Assembly: GCF_009914755.1 (NCBI RefSeq)
Contig: NC_060925.1
DNA: 64,000 nt
Strand: one strand, 5' to 3'
Source of the DNA: the human T2T-CHM13v2.0 reference genome, Homo sapiens
Position 1 is the stretch's first letter. Every line of letters starts with the position of its first letter. Of this stretch, positions 43,821-59,336 are shown piece after piece. Made by a program: the position numbers and the translations under genes. The notes beneath the pieces were generated by a model. The model was not told the DNA's origin. It worked only from the letters and a program-made list of their open reading frames with translations, and did not search any database.

Positions 43821-46800
43821 GAATTCAAAGGAATCATCATCAAATGGAACCGAATGGAATCCTCATTGAATGGAAATGAAAGGGGTCATCATCTAATGGA
43901 ATCGCAAGGAATCATCATCAAATGGAATCGAATGGAATCATCATCAAATGGAATCTAATGGAATCATTGAACAGAATTGAATGGAATCGTCATCGAATGA
44001 ATTGAATGCAATCATCGAATGGTCTCGAATGGAATCTTCTTCTAATGGAAAGGAATGGAATCATCGCATAGAATCGAATGGAATTATCATCGAATGGAAT
44101 CGAATGGTATCAACACCAAACGGAAAAAAACGGAATTATCGAATGGAATCGAAGAGAATCTTCGAACGGACCCGAATGGAATCATCTAATGGAATGGAAT
44201 GGAATAATCCATTGACTCGAATGCAATCATCATCGAATGGAATGGAATGGAATCATCGAATGGACTCGAATGGAATAATCATTGAACGGAATCGAATGGA
44301 ATCATCATCGGATGGAAACGAATGGAATCATCATCGAATGGAAATGAAAGGAGTCATCATCTAATGGAATTGCATGGAATCATCATAAAATGGAATCGAA
44401 TGGAATCAACATCAAATGGAATCAAATGGAATCATTGAACGGAATTGAATGGAATCGTCATCGAATGAATTGACTGCAATCATCGAATGGTCTCGAATGG
44501 AATCATCTTCAAATGGAATGGAATGGAATCATCGCATAGAATCGAATGGAATTATCATCGAATGGAATCGAATGGAATCAACATCAAACGGAAAAAAACG
44601 GAATTATCGAATGGAATCGAAGAGAATCATCGAATGGACCCGAATGGAATAATCTAATGGAATGGAATGGAATAATCCATGGACTCGAATGCAATCATCA
44701 TCGAATGGAATCGAATGGAATCATCGAATGGACTCGAATGGAATAATCATTGAACGGAATCGAATGGAATCATCATCGGATGGAAATGAATGGAATCATC
44801 ATCGAATGGAATCGAATAGAATTATGGAATGAAATCCAGTGTGATCATCATCGAATGGACCCGAATGGAATCATCATCCAACGGAAGCTAATGGAATCAA
44901 CATCGAATGAATCGAATGGAAACACCATCGAATTGAAACGAATGGAATTATTATGAAATTGAAATGGATGGACTCATCATCGAATGGATTCGAATGGAAA
45001 CATCGAATAAAATTGATTGAAATCATCATCCAATGGAATCGAATGGTATCATTGAATGGAATCGAATGGAATCATCATCAGATGGAAATGAATGGAATCG
45101 TCATAGAATGGAATCGAATGGATTCATTGAATGGAATCAGATGGAATCATCGAATGGACTGGAATGGAATCATTGAATGGACTCGAAAGGGATCATGATT
45201 GAATGGAATTGAATGGAATCATCGAATGGTCTCGATTGGAATCATTATCAAATGGAATCGAATGGAATCACCGAATAGAATCGAATGGAACAATCATCGA
45301 ATGGACTCAAATGGAATTATCCTCAAATGGAATCGAATGGAATTATCGAATGCAATCGAATGGAATTATCGAATGCAATCGAATAGAATCATCGAAAGGA
45401 CTCGAATGGAATCATCGAATGGAATGGAATGGAACAGTCAATGAACTCGAATGGAATCATCATTGAATGGAATCGAATGGAATCATCGAGTGGAATCGAA
45501 TGGAATTATGATCAAATGGAATCGAATGTAATCATCATCAAATGGAATCAAAAATAACCATCATCAATTGGTATTGAATGGAATTGTCATCAAATGGAAT
45601 TCAAAGGAATCATCATCAAATGGAACCGAATGGAATCCTCATTGAATGGAAATGAAAGGGGTCATCATCTAATGGAATCGCATGGAATCATCATCAAATG
45701 GAATCGAATGGAATCATCATCAAATGGAATCTAATGGAATCATTGAACAGAATTGAATGGAATCGTCATCGAATGAATTGAATGCAATCATCGAATGGTC
45801 TCGAATGGAATCTTCTTCTAATGGAAAGGAATGGAATCATCGCATAGAATCGAATGGAATTATCATCGAATGGAATCGAATGGTATCAACACCAAACGGA
45901 AAAAAACGGAATTATCGAATGGAATCGAAGAGAATCTTCGAACGGACACGAATGGAATCATCTAATGGAATGGAATGGAATAATCCATGGACTCGAATGC
46001 AATCATCATCGAATGGAATGGAATGGAATCATCGAATGGACTCGAATGGAATAATCATTGAACGGAATCGAATGGAATCATCATCGGATGGAAACGAATG
46101 GAATCATCATCGAATGGAAATGAAAGGAGTCATCATCTAATGGAATTGCATGGAATCATCATAAAATGGAATCGAATGGAATCAACATCAAATGGAATCA
46201 AATGGAATCATTGAACGGAATTGAATGGAATCGTCATCGAATGAATTGACTGCAATCATCGAATGGTCTCGAATGGAATCATCTTCAAATGGAATGGAAT
46301 GGAATCATCGCATAGAATCGAATGGAATTATCATCGAATGGAATCGAATGGAATCAACATCAAACGGAAAAAAACAGAATTATCGTATGGAATCGAAGAG
46401 AATCATCGAATGGACCCGAATGGAATCATCTAATGGAATGGAATGGAATAATCCATGGACTCGAATGCAATCATCATCGAATGGAATCGAATGGAATCAT
46501 CGAATGGACTCGAATGGAATAAACATTGAACGGAATCGAATGGAATCATCATCGGATGGAAATGAATGGAATCATCATCGAATGGAATCGAATAGAATTA
46601 TGGAATGAAATCCAGTGTGATCATCATCGAATGGACCCGAATGGAATCATCATCCAACGGAAGCTAATGGAATCAACATCGAATGAATCGAATGGAAACA
46701 CCATCGAATTGAAACGAATGGAATTATCATGAAATTGAAATGGATGGACTCATCATCGAATGGATTCGAATGGAATCATCGAATAAAATTGATTGAAATC

Positions 46801-49800
46801 ATCATCCAATGGAATCGAATGGTATCATTGAATGGAATCGAATGGAATCATCATCAGATGGAAATGAATGGAATCGTCATAGAATGGAATCGAATGGATT
46901 CATTGAATGGAATCAGATGGAATCATCGAATGGACTGGAATGGAATCATTGAATGGACTCGAAAGGGATCATTATTGAATGGAATTGAATGGAATCATCG
47001 AATGGTCTCGATTGGAATCATTATCAAATGGAATCGAATGGAATCACCGAACAGAATCGAATGGAACAATCATCGAATGGACTCAAATGGAATTATCCTC
47101 CAATGGAATCGAATGGAATTATCGAATGCAATCGAATGGAATTATCGAATGCAATCGAATAGAATCATCGAATGGACTCGAATGGAATCATCGAATGGAA
47201 TGGAATGGAACAGTCAATGAACTCGAATGGAATCATCATTGAATGGAATCGAATGGAATCATCGAGTGGAATCGAATGGAATTATGATCAAATGGAATCG
47301 AATGTAATCATCATCAAATGGAATCAAAAATAACCATCATCAATTGGTATTGAATGGAATTGTCATCAAATGGAATTCAAAGGAATCATCATCAAATGGA
47401 ACCGAATGGAATCCTCATTGAATGGAAATGAAAGGGGTCATCATCTAATGGAATCGCATGGAATCATCATCAAATGGAATCGAATGGAATCATCATCAAA
47501 TGGAATCTAATGGAATCATTGAACAGAATTGAATGGAATCGTCATCGAATGAATTGAATGCAATCATCGAATGGTCTCGAATGGAATCATCTTCTAATGG
47601 AAAGGAATGGAATCATCGCATAGAATCGAATGGAATTATCATCGAATGGAATCGAATGGTATCAACACCAAACGGAAAAAAACGGAATTATCGAATGGAA
47701 TCGAAGAGAATCTTCGAACGGACCCGAATGGAATCATCTAATGGAATGGAATGGAATAATCCATGGACTCGAATGCAATCATCATCGAATGGAATGGAAT
47801 GGAATCATCGAATGGACTCGAATGGAATAATCATTGAACGGAATCGAATGGAATCATCATCGGATGGAAACGAATGGAATCATCATCGAATGGAAATGAA
47901 AGGAGTCATCATCTAATGGAATTGCATGGAATCATCATAAAATGGAATCGAATGGAATCAACATCAAATGGAATCAAATGGAATCATTGAACGGAATTGA
48001 ATGGAATCGTCATCGAATGAATTGACTGCAATCATCCAATGGTCTCGAATGGAATCATCTTCAAATGGAATGGAATGGAATCATCGCATAGAATCGAATG
48101 GAATTATCATCGAATGGAATCGAATGGAATCAACATCAAACGGAAAAAAACGGAATTATCGAATGGAATCGAAGAGAATCATCGAATGGACCCGAATGGA
48201 ATCATCTAATGGAATGGAATGGAATAATCCATGGACTCGAATGCAATCATCATCGAATGGAATCGAATGGAATCATCGAATGGACTCGAATGGAATAATC
48301 ATTGAACGGAATCGAATGGAATCATCATCGGATGGAAATGAATGGAATCATCATCGAATGGAATCGAATAGAATTATGGAATGAAATCCAGTGTGATCAT
48401 CATCGAATGGACCCGAATGGAATCATCATCCAACGGAAGCTAATGGAATCAACATCGAATGAATCGAATGGAAACACCATCGAATTGAAACGAATGGAAT
48501 TATCATGAAATTGAAATGGATGGACTCATCATCGAATGGATTCGAATGGAATCATCGAATAAAATTGATTGAAATCATCATCCAATGGAATCGAATGGTA
48601 TCATTGAATGGAATCGAATGGAATCATCATCAGATGGAAATGAATGGAATCGTCATAGAATGGAATCGAATGGATTCATTGAATGGAATCAGATGGAATC
48701 ATCGAATGGACTGGAATGGAATCATTGAATGGACTCGAAAGGGATCATGATTGAATGGAATTGAATGGAATCATCGAATGGTCTCGATTGGAATCATTAT
48801 CAAATGGAATCGAATGGAATCACCGAATAGAATCGAATGGAACAATCATCTAATGGACTCAAATGGAATTATCCTCCAATGGAATCGAATGGAATTATCG
48901 AATGCAATCGAATGGAATTATCGAATGCAATCGAATAGAATCATCGAATGGACTCGAATGGAATCATCGAATGGAATGGAATGGAACAGTCAATGAACTC
49001 GAATGGAATCATCATTGAATGGAATCGAATGGAATCATCGAGTGGAATCGAATGGAATTATGATCAAATGGAATCGAATGTAATCATCATCAAATGGAAT
49101 CAAAAATAACCATCATCAATTGGTATTGAATGGAATTGTCATCAAATGGAATTCAAAGGAATCATCATCAAATGGAACCGAATGGAATCCTCATTGAATG
49201 GAAATGAAAGGGGTCATCATCTAATGGAATCGCATGGAATCATCATCAAATGGAATCGAATGGAATCATCATCAAATGGAATCTAATGGAATCATTGAAC
49301 AGAATTGAATGGAATCGTCATCGAATGAATTGAATGCAATCATCGAATGGTCTCGAATGGAATCATCTTCTAATGGAAAGGAATGGAATCATCGCATAGA
49401 ATCGAATGGAATTATCATCGAATGGAATCGAATGGTATCAACACCAAACGGAAAAAAACGGAATTATCGAATGGAATCGAAGAGAATCTTCGAACGGACC
49501 CGAATGGAATCATCTAATGGAATGGAATGGAATAATCCATGGACTCGAATGCAATCATCATCGAATGGAATCGAATGGAATCATCGAATGGACTCGAATG
49601 GAATAATCATTGAACGGAATCGATTGGAATCATCATCGGATGGAAACGAATGGAATCATCATCGAATGGAAATGAAAGGAGTCATCATCTAATGGAATTG
49701 CATGGAATCATCATAAAATGGAATCGAATGGAATCAACATCAAATGGAATCAAATGGAATCATTGAACGGAATTGAATGGAATCGTCATCGAATGAATTG

Positions 49801-52800
49801 ACTGCAATTATCCAATGGTCTCGAATGGAATCATCTTCAAATGGAATGGAATGGAATCATCGCATAGAATCGAATGGAATTATCATCGAATGGAATCGAA
49901 TGGAATCAACATCCAACGGAAAAAAACGGAATTATCGAATGGAATCGAAGAGAATCATCGAATGGACCCGAATGGAATCATCTAATGGAATGGAATGGAA
50001 TAATCCATGGACTCGAATGCAATCATCATCGAATGGAATGGAATGGAATCATCGAATGGACTCGAATGGAATAATCATTGAACGGAATCGAATGGAATCA
50101 TCATCGGATGGAAATGAATGGAATCATCATCGAATGGAATCGAATAGAATTATGGAATGAAATCCAGTGTGATCATCATCGAATGGACCCGAATGGAATC
50201 ATCATCCAACGGAAGCTAATGGAATCAACATCGAATGAATCAAATGGAAACACCATCGAATTGAAACGAATGGAATTATCATGAAATTGAAATGGATGGA
50301 CTCATCATCGAATGGATTCGAATGGAATCATCGAATAAAATTGATTGAAATCATCATCGAATGGAATCGAATGGTATCATTGAATGGAATCGAATGGAAT
50401 CATCATCAGATGGAAATGAATGGAATCGTCATAGAATGGAATCGAATGGATTCATTGAATGGAATCAGATGGAATCATCGAATGGACTGGAATGGAATCA
50501 TTGAATGGACTCGAAAGGGATCATGATTGAATGGAATTGAATGGAATCATCGAATGGTCTCGATTGGAATCATTATCAAATGGAATCGAATGGAATCACC
50601 GAATAGAATCGAATGGAACAATCATTGAATGGACTCAAATGGAATTATCCTCCAATGGAATCGAATGGAATTATCGAATGCAATCGAATGGAATTATCGA
50701 ATGCAATCGAATAGAATCATCGAATGGACTCGAATGGAATCATCGAATGGAATGGAATGGAACAGTCAATGAACTCGAATGGAATCATCATTGAATGGAA
50801 TCGAATGGAATCATCGAGTGGAATCGAATGGAATTATGATCAAATGGAATCGAATGTAATCATCATCAAATGGAATCAAAAATAACCATCATCAATTGGT
50901 ATTGAATGGAATTGTCATCAAATGGAATTCAAAGGAATCATCATCAAATGGAACCGAATGGAATCCTCATTGAATGGAAATGAAAGGGGTCATCATCTAA
51001 TGGAATCGCATGGAATCATCATCAAATGGAATCGAATGGAATCATCATCAAATGGAATCTAATGGAATCATTGAACAGAATTGAATGGAATCGTCATCGA
51101 ATGAATTGAATGCAATCATCGAATGGTCTCGAATGGAATCATCTTCTAATGGAAAGGAATGGAATCATCGCATAGAATCGAATGGAATTATCATCGAATG
51201 GAATCGAATGGTATCAACACCAAACGGAAAAAAACGGAATTATCGAATGGAATCGAAGAGAATCTTCGAACGGACCCGAATGGAATCATCTAATGGAATG
51301 GAATGGAATAATCCATGGACTCGAATGCAATCATCATCGAATGGAATCGAATGGAATCATCGAATGGACTCGAATGGAATAATCATTGAACGGAATCGAA
51401 TGGAATCATCATCGGATGGAAACGAATGGAATCATCATCGAATGGAAATGAAAGGAGTCATCATCTAATGGAATTGCATGGAATCATCATAAAATGGAAT
51501 CGAATGGAATCAACATCAAATGGAATCAAATGGAATCATTGAACGGAATTGAATGGAATCGTCATCGAATGAATTGACTGCAATCATCCAATGGTCTCGA
51601 ATGGAATCATCTTCAAATGGAATGGAATGGAATCATCGCATAGAATCGAATGGAATTATCATCGAATGGAATCGAATGGAATCAACATCAAACGGAAAAA
51701 AACGGAATTATCGAATGGAATCGAAGAGAATCATCGAATGGACCCGAATGGAATCATCTAATGGAATGGAATGGAATAATCCATGGACTCGAATGCAATC
51801 ATCATCGAATGGAATCGAATGGAATCATCGAATGGACTCGAATGGAATAATCATTGAACGGAATCGAATGGAATCATCATCGGATGGAAATGAATGGAAT
51901 CATCATCGAATGGAATCGAATAGAATTATGGAATGAAATCCAGTGTGATCATCATCGAATGGACCCGAATGGAATCATCATCCAACGGAAGCTAATGGAA
52001 TCAACATCGAATGAATCGAATGGAAACACCATCGAATTGAAACGAATGGAATTATCATGAAATTGAAATGGATGGACTCATCATCGAATGGATTCGAATG
52101 GAATCATCGAATAAAATTGATTGAAATCATCATCCAATGGAATCGAATGGTATCATTGAATGGAATCGAATGGAATCATCATCAGATGGAAATGAATGGA
52201 ATCGTCATAGAATGGAATCGAATGGATTCATTGAATGGAATCAGATGGAATCATCGAATGGACTGGAATGGAATCATTGAATGGACTCGAAAGGGATCAT
52301 GATTGAATGGAATTGAATGGAATCATCGAATGGTCTCGATTGGAATCATTTTCAAATGGAATCGAATGGAATCACCGAATAGAATCGAATGGAACAATCA
52401 TCGAATGGACTCAAATGGAATTATCCTCAAATGGAATCGAATGGAATTATCGAATGCAATCGAATGGAATTATCGAATGCAATCGAATAGAATCATCGAA
52501 TGGACTCGAATGGAATCATCGAATGGAATGGAATGGAACAGTCAATGAACTCGAATGGAATCATCATTGAATGGAATCGAATGGAATCATCGAGTGGAAT
52601 CGAATGGAATTATGATCAAATGGAATCGAATGTAATCCTCATCAAATGGAATCAAAAATAACCATCATCAATTGGTATTGAATGGAATTGTCATCAAATG
52701 GAATTCAAAGGAATCATCATCAAATGGAACCGAATGGAATCCTCATTGAATGGAAATGAAAGGGGTCATCATCTAATGGAATCGCATGGAATCATCATCA

Positions 52801-55800
52801 AATGGAATCGAATGGAATCATCATCAAATGGAATCTAATGGAATCATTGAACAGAATTGAATGGAATCGTCATCGAATGAATTGAATGCAATCATCGAAT
52901 GGTCTCGAATGGAATCATCTTCTAATGGAAAGGAATGGAATCATCGCATAGAATCGAATGGAATTATCATCGAATGGAATCGAATGGTATCAACACCAAA
53001 CGGAAAAAAACGGAATTATCGAATGGAATCGAAGAGAATCTTCGAACGGACCCGAATGGAATCATCTAATGGAATGGAATGGAATAATCCATGGACTCGA
53101 ATGCAATCATCATCGAATGGAATCGAATGGAATCATCGAATGGACTCGAATGGAATAATCATTGAACGGAATCGATTGGAATCATCATCGGATGGAAACG
53201 AATGGAATCATCATCGAATGGAAATGAAAGGAGTCATCATCTAATGGAATTGCATGGAATCATCATAAAATGGAATCGAATGGAATCAACATCAAATGGA
53301 ATCAAATGGAATCATTGAACGGAATTGAATGGAATCGTCATCGAATGAATTGACTGCAATCATCCAATGGTCTCGAATGGAATCATCTTCAAATGGAATG
53401 GAATGGAATCATCGCATAGAATCGAATGGAATTATCATCGAATGGAATCGAATGGAATCAACATCAAACGGAAAAAAACAGAATTATCGTATGGAATCGA
53501 AGAGAATCATCGAAGGGACCCGAATGGAATCATCTAATGGAATGGAATGGAATAATCCATGGACTCGAATGCAATCATCATCGAATGGAATCGAATGGAA
53601 TCATCGAATGGACTCGAATGGAATAATCATTGAACGGAATCGAATGGAATCATCATCGGATGGAAATGAATGGAATCATCATCGAATGGAATCGAATAGA
53701 ATTATGGAATGAAATCCAGTGTGATCATCATCGAATGGACCCGAATGGAATCAACATCCAACGGAAGCTAATGGAATCAACATCGAATGAATCGAATGGA
53801 AACACCATCGAATTGAAACGAATGGAATTATCATGAAATTGAAATGGATGGACTCATCATCGAATGGATTCGAATGGAATCATCGAATAAAATTGATTGA
53901 AATCATCATCCAATGGAATCGAATGGTATCATTGAATGGAATCGAATGGAATCATCATCAGATGGAAATGAATGGAATCGTCATAGAATGGAATCGAATG
54001 GATTCATTGAATGGAATCAGATGGAATCATCGAATGGACTGGAATGGAATCATTGAATGGACTCGAAAGGGATCATTATTGAATGGAATTGAATGGAATC
54101 ATCGAATGGTCTCGATTGGAATCATTATCAAATGGAATCGAATGAAATCACCGAACAGAATCAAATGGAACAATCATCGAATGGACTCAAATGGAATTAT
54201 CCTCCAATGGAATCGAATGGAATTATCGAATGCAATCGAATGGAATTATCGAATGCAATCGAATAGAATCATCGAATGGACTCGAATGGAATCATCGAAT
54301 GGAATGGAATGGAACAGTCAATGAACTCGAATGGAATCATCATTGAATGGAATCGAATGGAATCATCGAGTGGAATCGAATGGAATTATGATCAAATGGA
54401 ATAGAATGTAATCATCATCAAATGGAATCAAAAATAACCATCATCAATTGGTATTGAATGGAATTGTCATCAAATGGAATTCAAAGGAATCATCATCAAA
54501 TGGAACCGAATGGAATCCTCATTGAATGGAAATGAAAGGGGTCATCATCTAATGGAATCGCATGGAATCATCATCAAATGGAATCGAATGGAATCATCAT
54601 CAAATGGAATCTAATGGAATCATTGAACAGAATTGAATGGAATCGTCATCGAATGAATTGAATGCAATCATCGAATGGTCTCGAATGGAATCATCTTCTA
54701 ATGGAAAGGAATGGAATCATCGCATAGAATCGAATGGAATTATCATCGAATGGAATCGAATGGTATCAACACCAAACGGAAAAAAACGGAATTATCGAAT
54801 GGAATCGAAGAGAATCTTCGAACGGACCCGAATGGAATCATCTAATGGAATGGAATGGAATAATCCATGGACTCGAATGCAATCATCATCGAATGGAATC
54901 GAATGGAATCATCGAATGGACTCGAATGGAATAATCATTGAACGGAATCGAATGGAATCATCATCGGATGGAAACGAATGGAATCATCATCGAATGGAAA
55001 TGAAAGGAGTCATCATCTAATGGAATTGCATGGAATCATCATAAAATGGAATCGAATGGAATCAACATCAAATGGAATCAAATGGAATCATTGAACGGAA
55101 TTGAATGGAATCGTCATCGAATGAATTGACTGCAATCATCGAATGGTCTCGAATGGAATCATCTTCAAATGGAATGGAATGGAATCATCGCATAGAATCG
55201 AATGGAATTATCATCGAATGGAATCGAATGGAATCAACATCAAACGGAAAAAAACGGAATTATCGAATGGAATCGAAGAGAATCATCGAATGGACCCGAA
55301 TGGAATCATCTAATGGAATGGAATGGAATAATCCATGGACTCGAATGCAATCATCATCGAATGGAATCGAATGGAATCATCGAATGGACTCGAATGGAAT
55401 AATCATTGAACGGAATCGAATGGAATCATCATCGGATGGAAATGAATGGAATCATCATCGAATGGAATCGAATAGAATTATGGAATGAAATCCAGTGTGA
55501 TCATCATCGAATGGACCCGAATGGAATCATCATCCAACGGAAGCTAATGGAATCAACATCGAATGAATCGAATGGAAACACCATCGAATTGAAACGAATG
55601 GAATTATCATGAAATTGAAATGGATGGACTCATCATCGAATGGATTCGAATGGAATCATCGAATAAAATTGATTGAAATCATCATCCAATGGAATCGAAT
55701 GGTATCATTGAATGGAATCGAATGGAATCATAATCAGATGGAAATGAATGGAATCGTCATAGAATGGAATCGAATGGATTCATTGAATGGAATCAGATGG

Positions 55801-58028
55801 AATCATCGAATGGACTGGAATGGAATCATTGAATGGAATCGAAAGGGATCATAATTGAATGGAATTGAATGGAATCATCGAATGGTCTCGATTGGAATCA
55901 TTATCAAATGGAATCGAATGGAATCACCGAATAGAATCGAATGGAACAATCATCGAATGGACTCAAATGGAATTATCCTCAAATGGAATCGAATGGAATT
56001 ATCGAATGCAATCGAATGGAATTATCGAATGCAATCGAATAGAATCATCGAATGGACTCGAATGGAATCATCGAATGGAATGGAATGGAACAGTCAATGA
56101 ACTCGAATGGAATCATCATTGAATGGAATCGAATGGAATCATCGAGTGGAATCGAATGGAATTATGATCAAATGGAATCGAATGTAATCATCATCAAATG
56201 GAATCAAAAATAACCATCATCAATTGGTATTGAATGGAATTGTCATCAAATGGAATTCAAAGGAATCATCATCAAATGGAACCGAATGGAATCCTCATTG
56301 AATGGAAATGAAAGGGGTCATCATCTAATGGAATCGCATGGAATCATCATCAAATGGAATAGAATGGAATCATCATCAAATGGAATCTAATGGAATCATT
56401 GAACAGAATTGAATGGAATCGTCATCGAATGAATTGAATGCAATCATCGAATGGTCTCGAATGGAATCATCTTCTAATGGAAAGGAATGGAATCATCGCA
56501 AAGAATCGAATGGAATTATCATCGAATGGAATCGAATGGTATCAACACCAAACGGAAAAAAACGGAATTATCGAATTGAATCGAAGAGAATCTTCGAACG
56601 GACCCGAATGGAATCATCTAATGGAATGGAATGGAATAATCCATGGACTCGAATGCAATCATCATCGAATGGAATCGAATGGAATCATCGAATGGACTCG
56701 AATGGAATAATCATTGAACGGAATCGAATGGAATCATCATCGGATGGAAACGAATGGAATCATCATCGAATGGAAATGAAAGGAGTCATCATCTAATGGA
56801 ATTGCATGGAATCATCATAAAATGGAATCGAATGGAATCAACATCAAATGGAATCAAATGGAATCATTGAACGGAATTGAATGGAATCGTCATCGAATGA
56901 ATTGACTGCAATCATCCAATGGTCTCGAATGGAATCATCTTCAAATGGAATGGAATGGAATCATCGCATAGAATCGAATGGAATTATCATCGAATGGAAT
57001 CGAATGGAATCAACATCAAACGGAAAAAAACGGAATTATCGAATGGAATCGAAGAGAATCATCGAATGGACCCGAATGGAATCATCTAATGGAATGGAAT
57101 GGAATAATCCATGGACTCGAATGCAATCATCATCGAATGGAATCGAATGGAATCATCGAATGGACTCGAATGGAATAATCATTGAACGGAATCGAATGGA
57201 ATCATCATCGGATGGAAATGAATGGAATCATCATCGAATGGAATCGAATAGAATTATGGAATGAAATCCAGTGTGATCATCATCGAATGGACCCGAATGG
57301 AATCATCATCCAACGGAAGCTAATGGAATCAACATCGAATGAATCGAATGGAAACACCATCGAATTGAAACGAATGGAATTATCATGAAATTGAAATGGA
57401 TGGACTCATCATCGAATGGATTCGAATGGAATCATCGAATAAAATTGATTGAAATCATCATCCAATGGAATCGAATGGTATCATTGAATGGAATCGAATG
57501 GAATCATCATCAGATGGAAATGAATGGAATCGTCATAGAATGGAATCGAATGGATTCATTGAATGGAATCAGATGGAATCATCGAATGGACTGGAATGGA
57601 ATCATTGAATGGAATCGAAAGGGATCATAATTGAATGGAATTGAATGGAATCATCGAATGGTCTCGATTGGAATCATTATCAAATGGAATCGAATGGAAT
57701 CACCGAATAGAATCGAATGGAACAATCATCGAATGGACTCAAATGGAATTATCCTCAAATGGAATCGAATGGAATTATCGAATGCAATCGAATGGAATTA
57801 TCGAATGCAATCGAATAGAATCATCGAATGGACTCGAATGGAATCATCGAATGGAATGGAATGGAACAGTCAATGAACTCGAATGGAATCATCATTGAAT
57901 GGAATCGAATGGAATCATCGAGTGGAATCGAATGGAATTATGATCAAATGGAATCGAATGTAATCATCATCCAATGGAATCAAAAATAACCATCATCAAT
58001 TGGTATTGAATGGAATTGTCATCAAATG

Positions 58029-59336
58029 GAATTCAAAGGAATCATCATCAAATGGAACCGAATGGAATCCTCATTGAATGGAAATGAAAGGGGTCATCAT
58101 CTAATGCAATCGCATGGAATCATCATCAAATGGAATCGAATGGAATCATCATCAAATGGAATCTAATGGAATCATTGAACAGAATTGAATGGAATCGTCA
58201 TCGAATGAATTGAATGCAATCATCGAATGGTCTCGAATGGAATCATCTTCTAATGGAAAGGAATGGAATCATCGCATAGAATCGAATGGAATTATCATCG
58301 AATGGAATCGAATGGTATCAACACCAAACGGAAAAAAACGGAATTATCGAATGGAATCGAAGAGAATCTTCGAACGGACCCGAATGGAATCATCTAATGG
58401 AATGGAATGGAATAATCCATGGACTCGAATGCAATCATCATCGAATGGAATCGAATGGAATCATCGAATGGACTCGAATGGAATAATCATTGAACGGAAT
58501 CGAATGGAATCATCATCGGATGGAAATGAATGGAATCATCATCGAATGGAATCGAATAGAATTATGGAATGAAATCCAGTGTGATCATCATCGAATGGAC
58601 CCGAATGGAATCATCATCCAACGGAAGCTAATGGAATCAACATCGAATGAATCGAATGGAAACACCATCGAATTGAAACGAATGGAATTATTATGAAATT
58701 GAAATGGATGGACTCATCATCGAATGGATTCGAATGGAATCATCGAATAAAATTGATTGAAATCATCATCCAATGGAATCGAATGGTATCATTGAATGGA
58801 ATCGAATGGAATCATCATCAGATGGAAATGAAAGGAATCGTCATAGAATGGAATCGAATGGATTCATTGAATGGAATCAGATGGAATCATCGAATGGACT
58901 GGATTGGAATCATTGAATGGACTCGAAAGGGATCATGATTGAATGGAATTGAATGGAATCATCGAATGGTCTCGATTGGAATCATTATCAAATGGAATCG
59001 AATGGAATCACCGAACAGAATCGAATGGAACAATCATCGAAGGGACTCAAATGGAATTATCCTCCAATGGAATCGAATGGAATTATCGAATGCAATCGAA
59101 TGGAATTATCGAATGCAATCGAATAGAATCATCGAAAGGACTCGAATGGAATCATCGAATGGAATGGAATGGAACAGTCAATGAACTCGAATGGAATCAT
59201 CATTGAATGGAATCGAATGGAATCATCGAGTGGAATCGAATGGAATTATGAGCAAATGGAATCGAATGTAATCATCATCAAATGGAATCAAAAATAACCA
59301 TCATCAATTGGTATTGAATGGAATTGTCATCAAATG
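58029..59336 (+). repeat. Variant unit, 1308 bp (single A/B hybrid sub-repeat, 468-bp deletion)
   Basis: Anchor spacing 58189 to 59497 is 1308 = 1776 - 468. A-type markers run to 58375, then the sequence continues into the post-B flank GAATAGAATTATGG near 58554. Confidence 0.93.
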
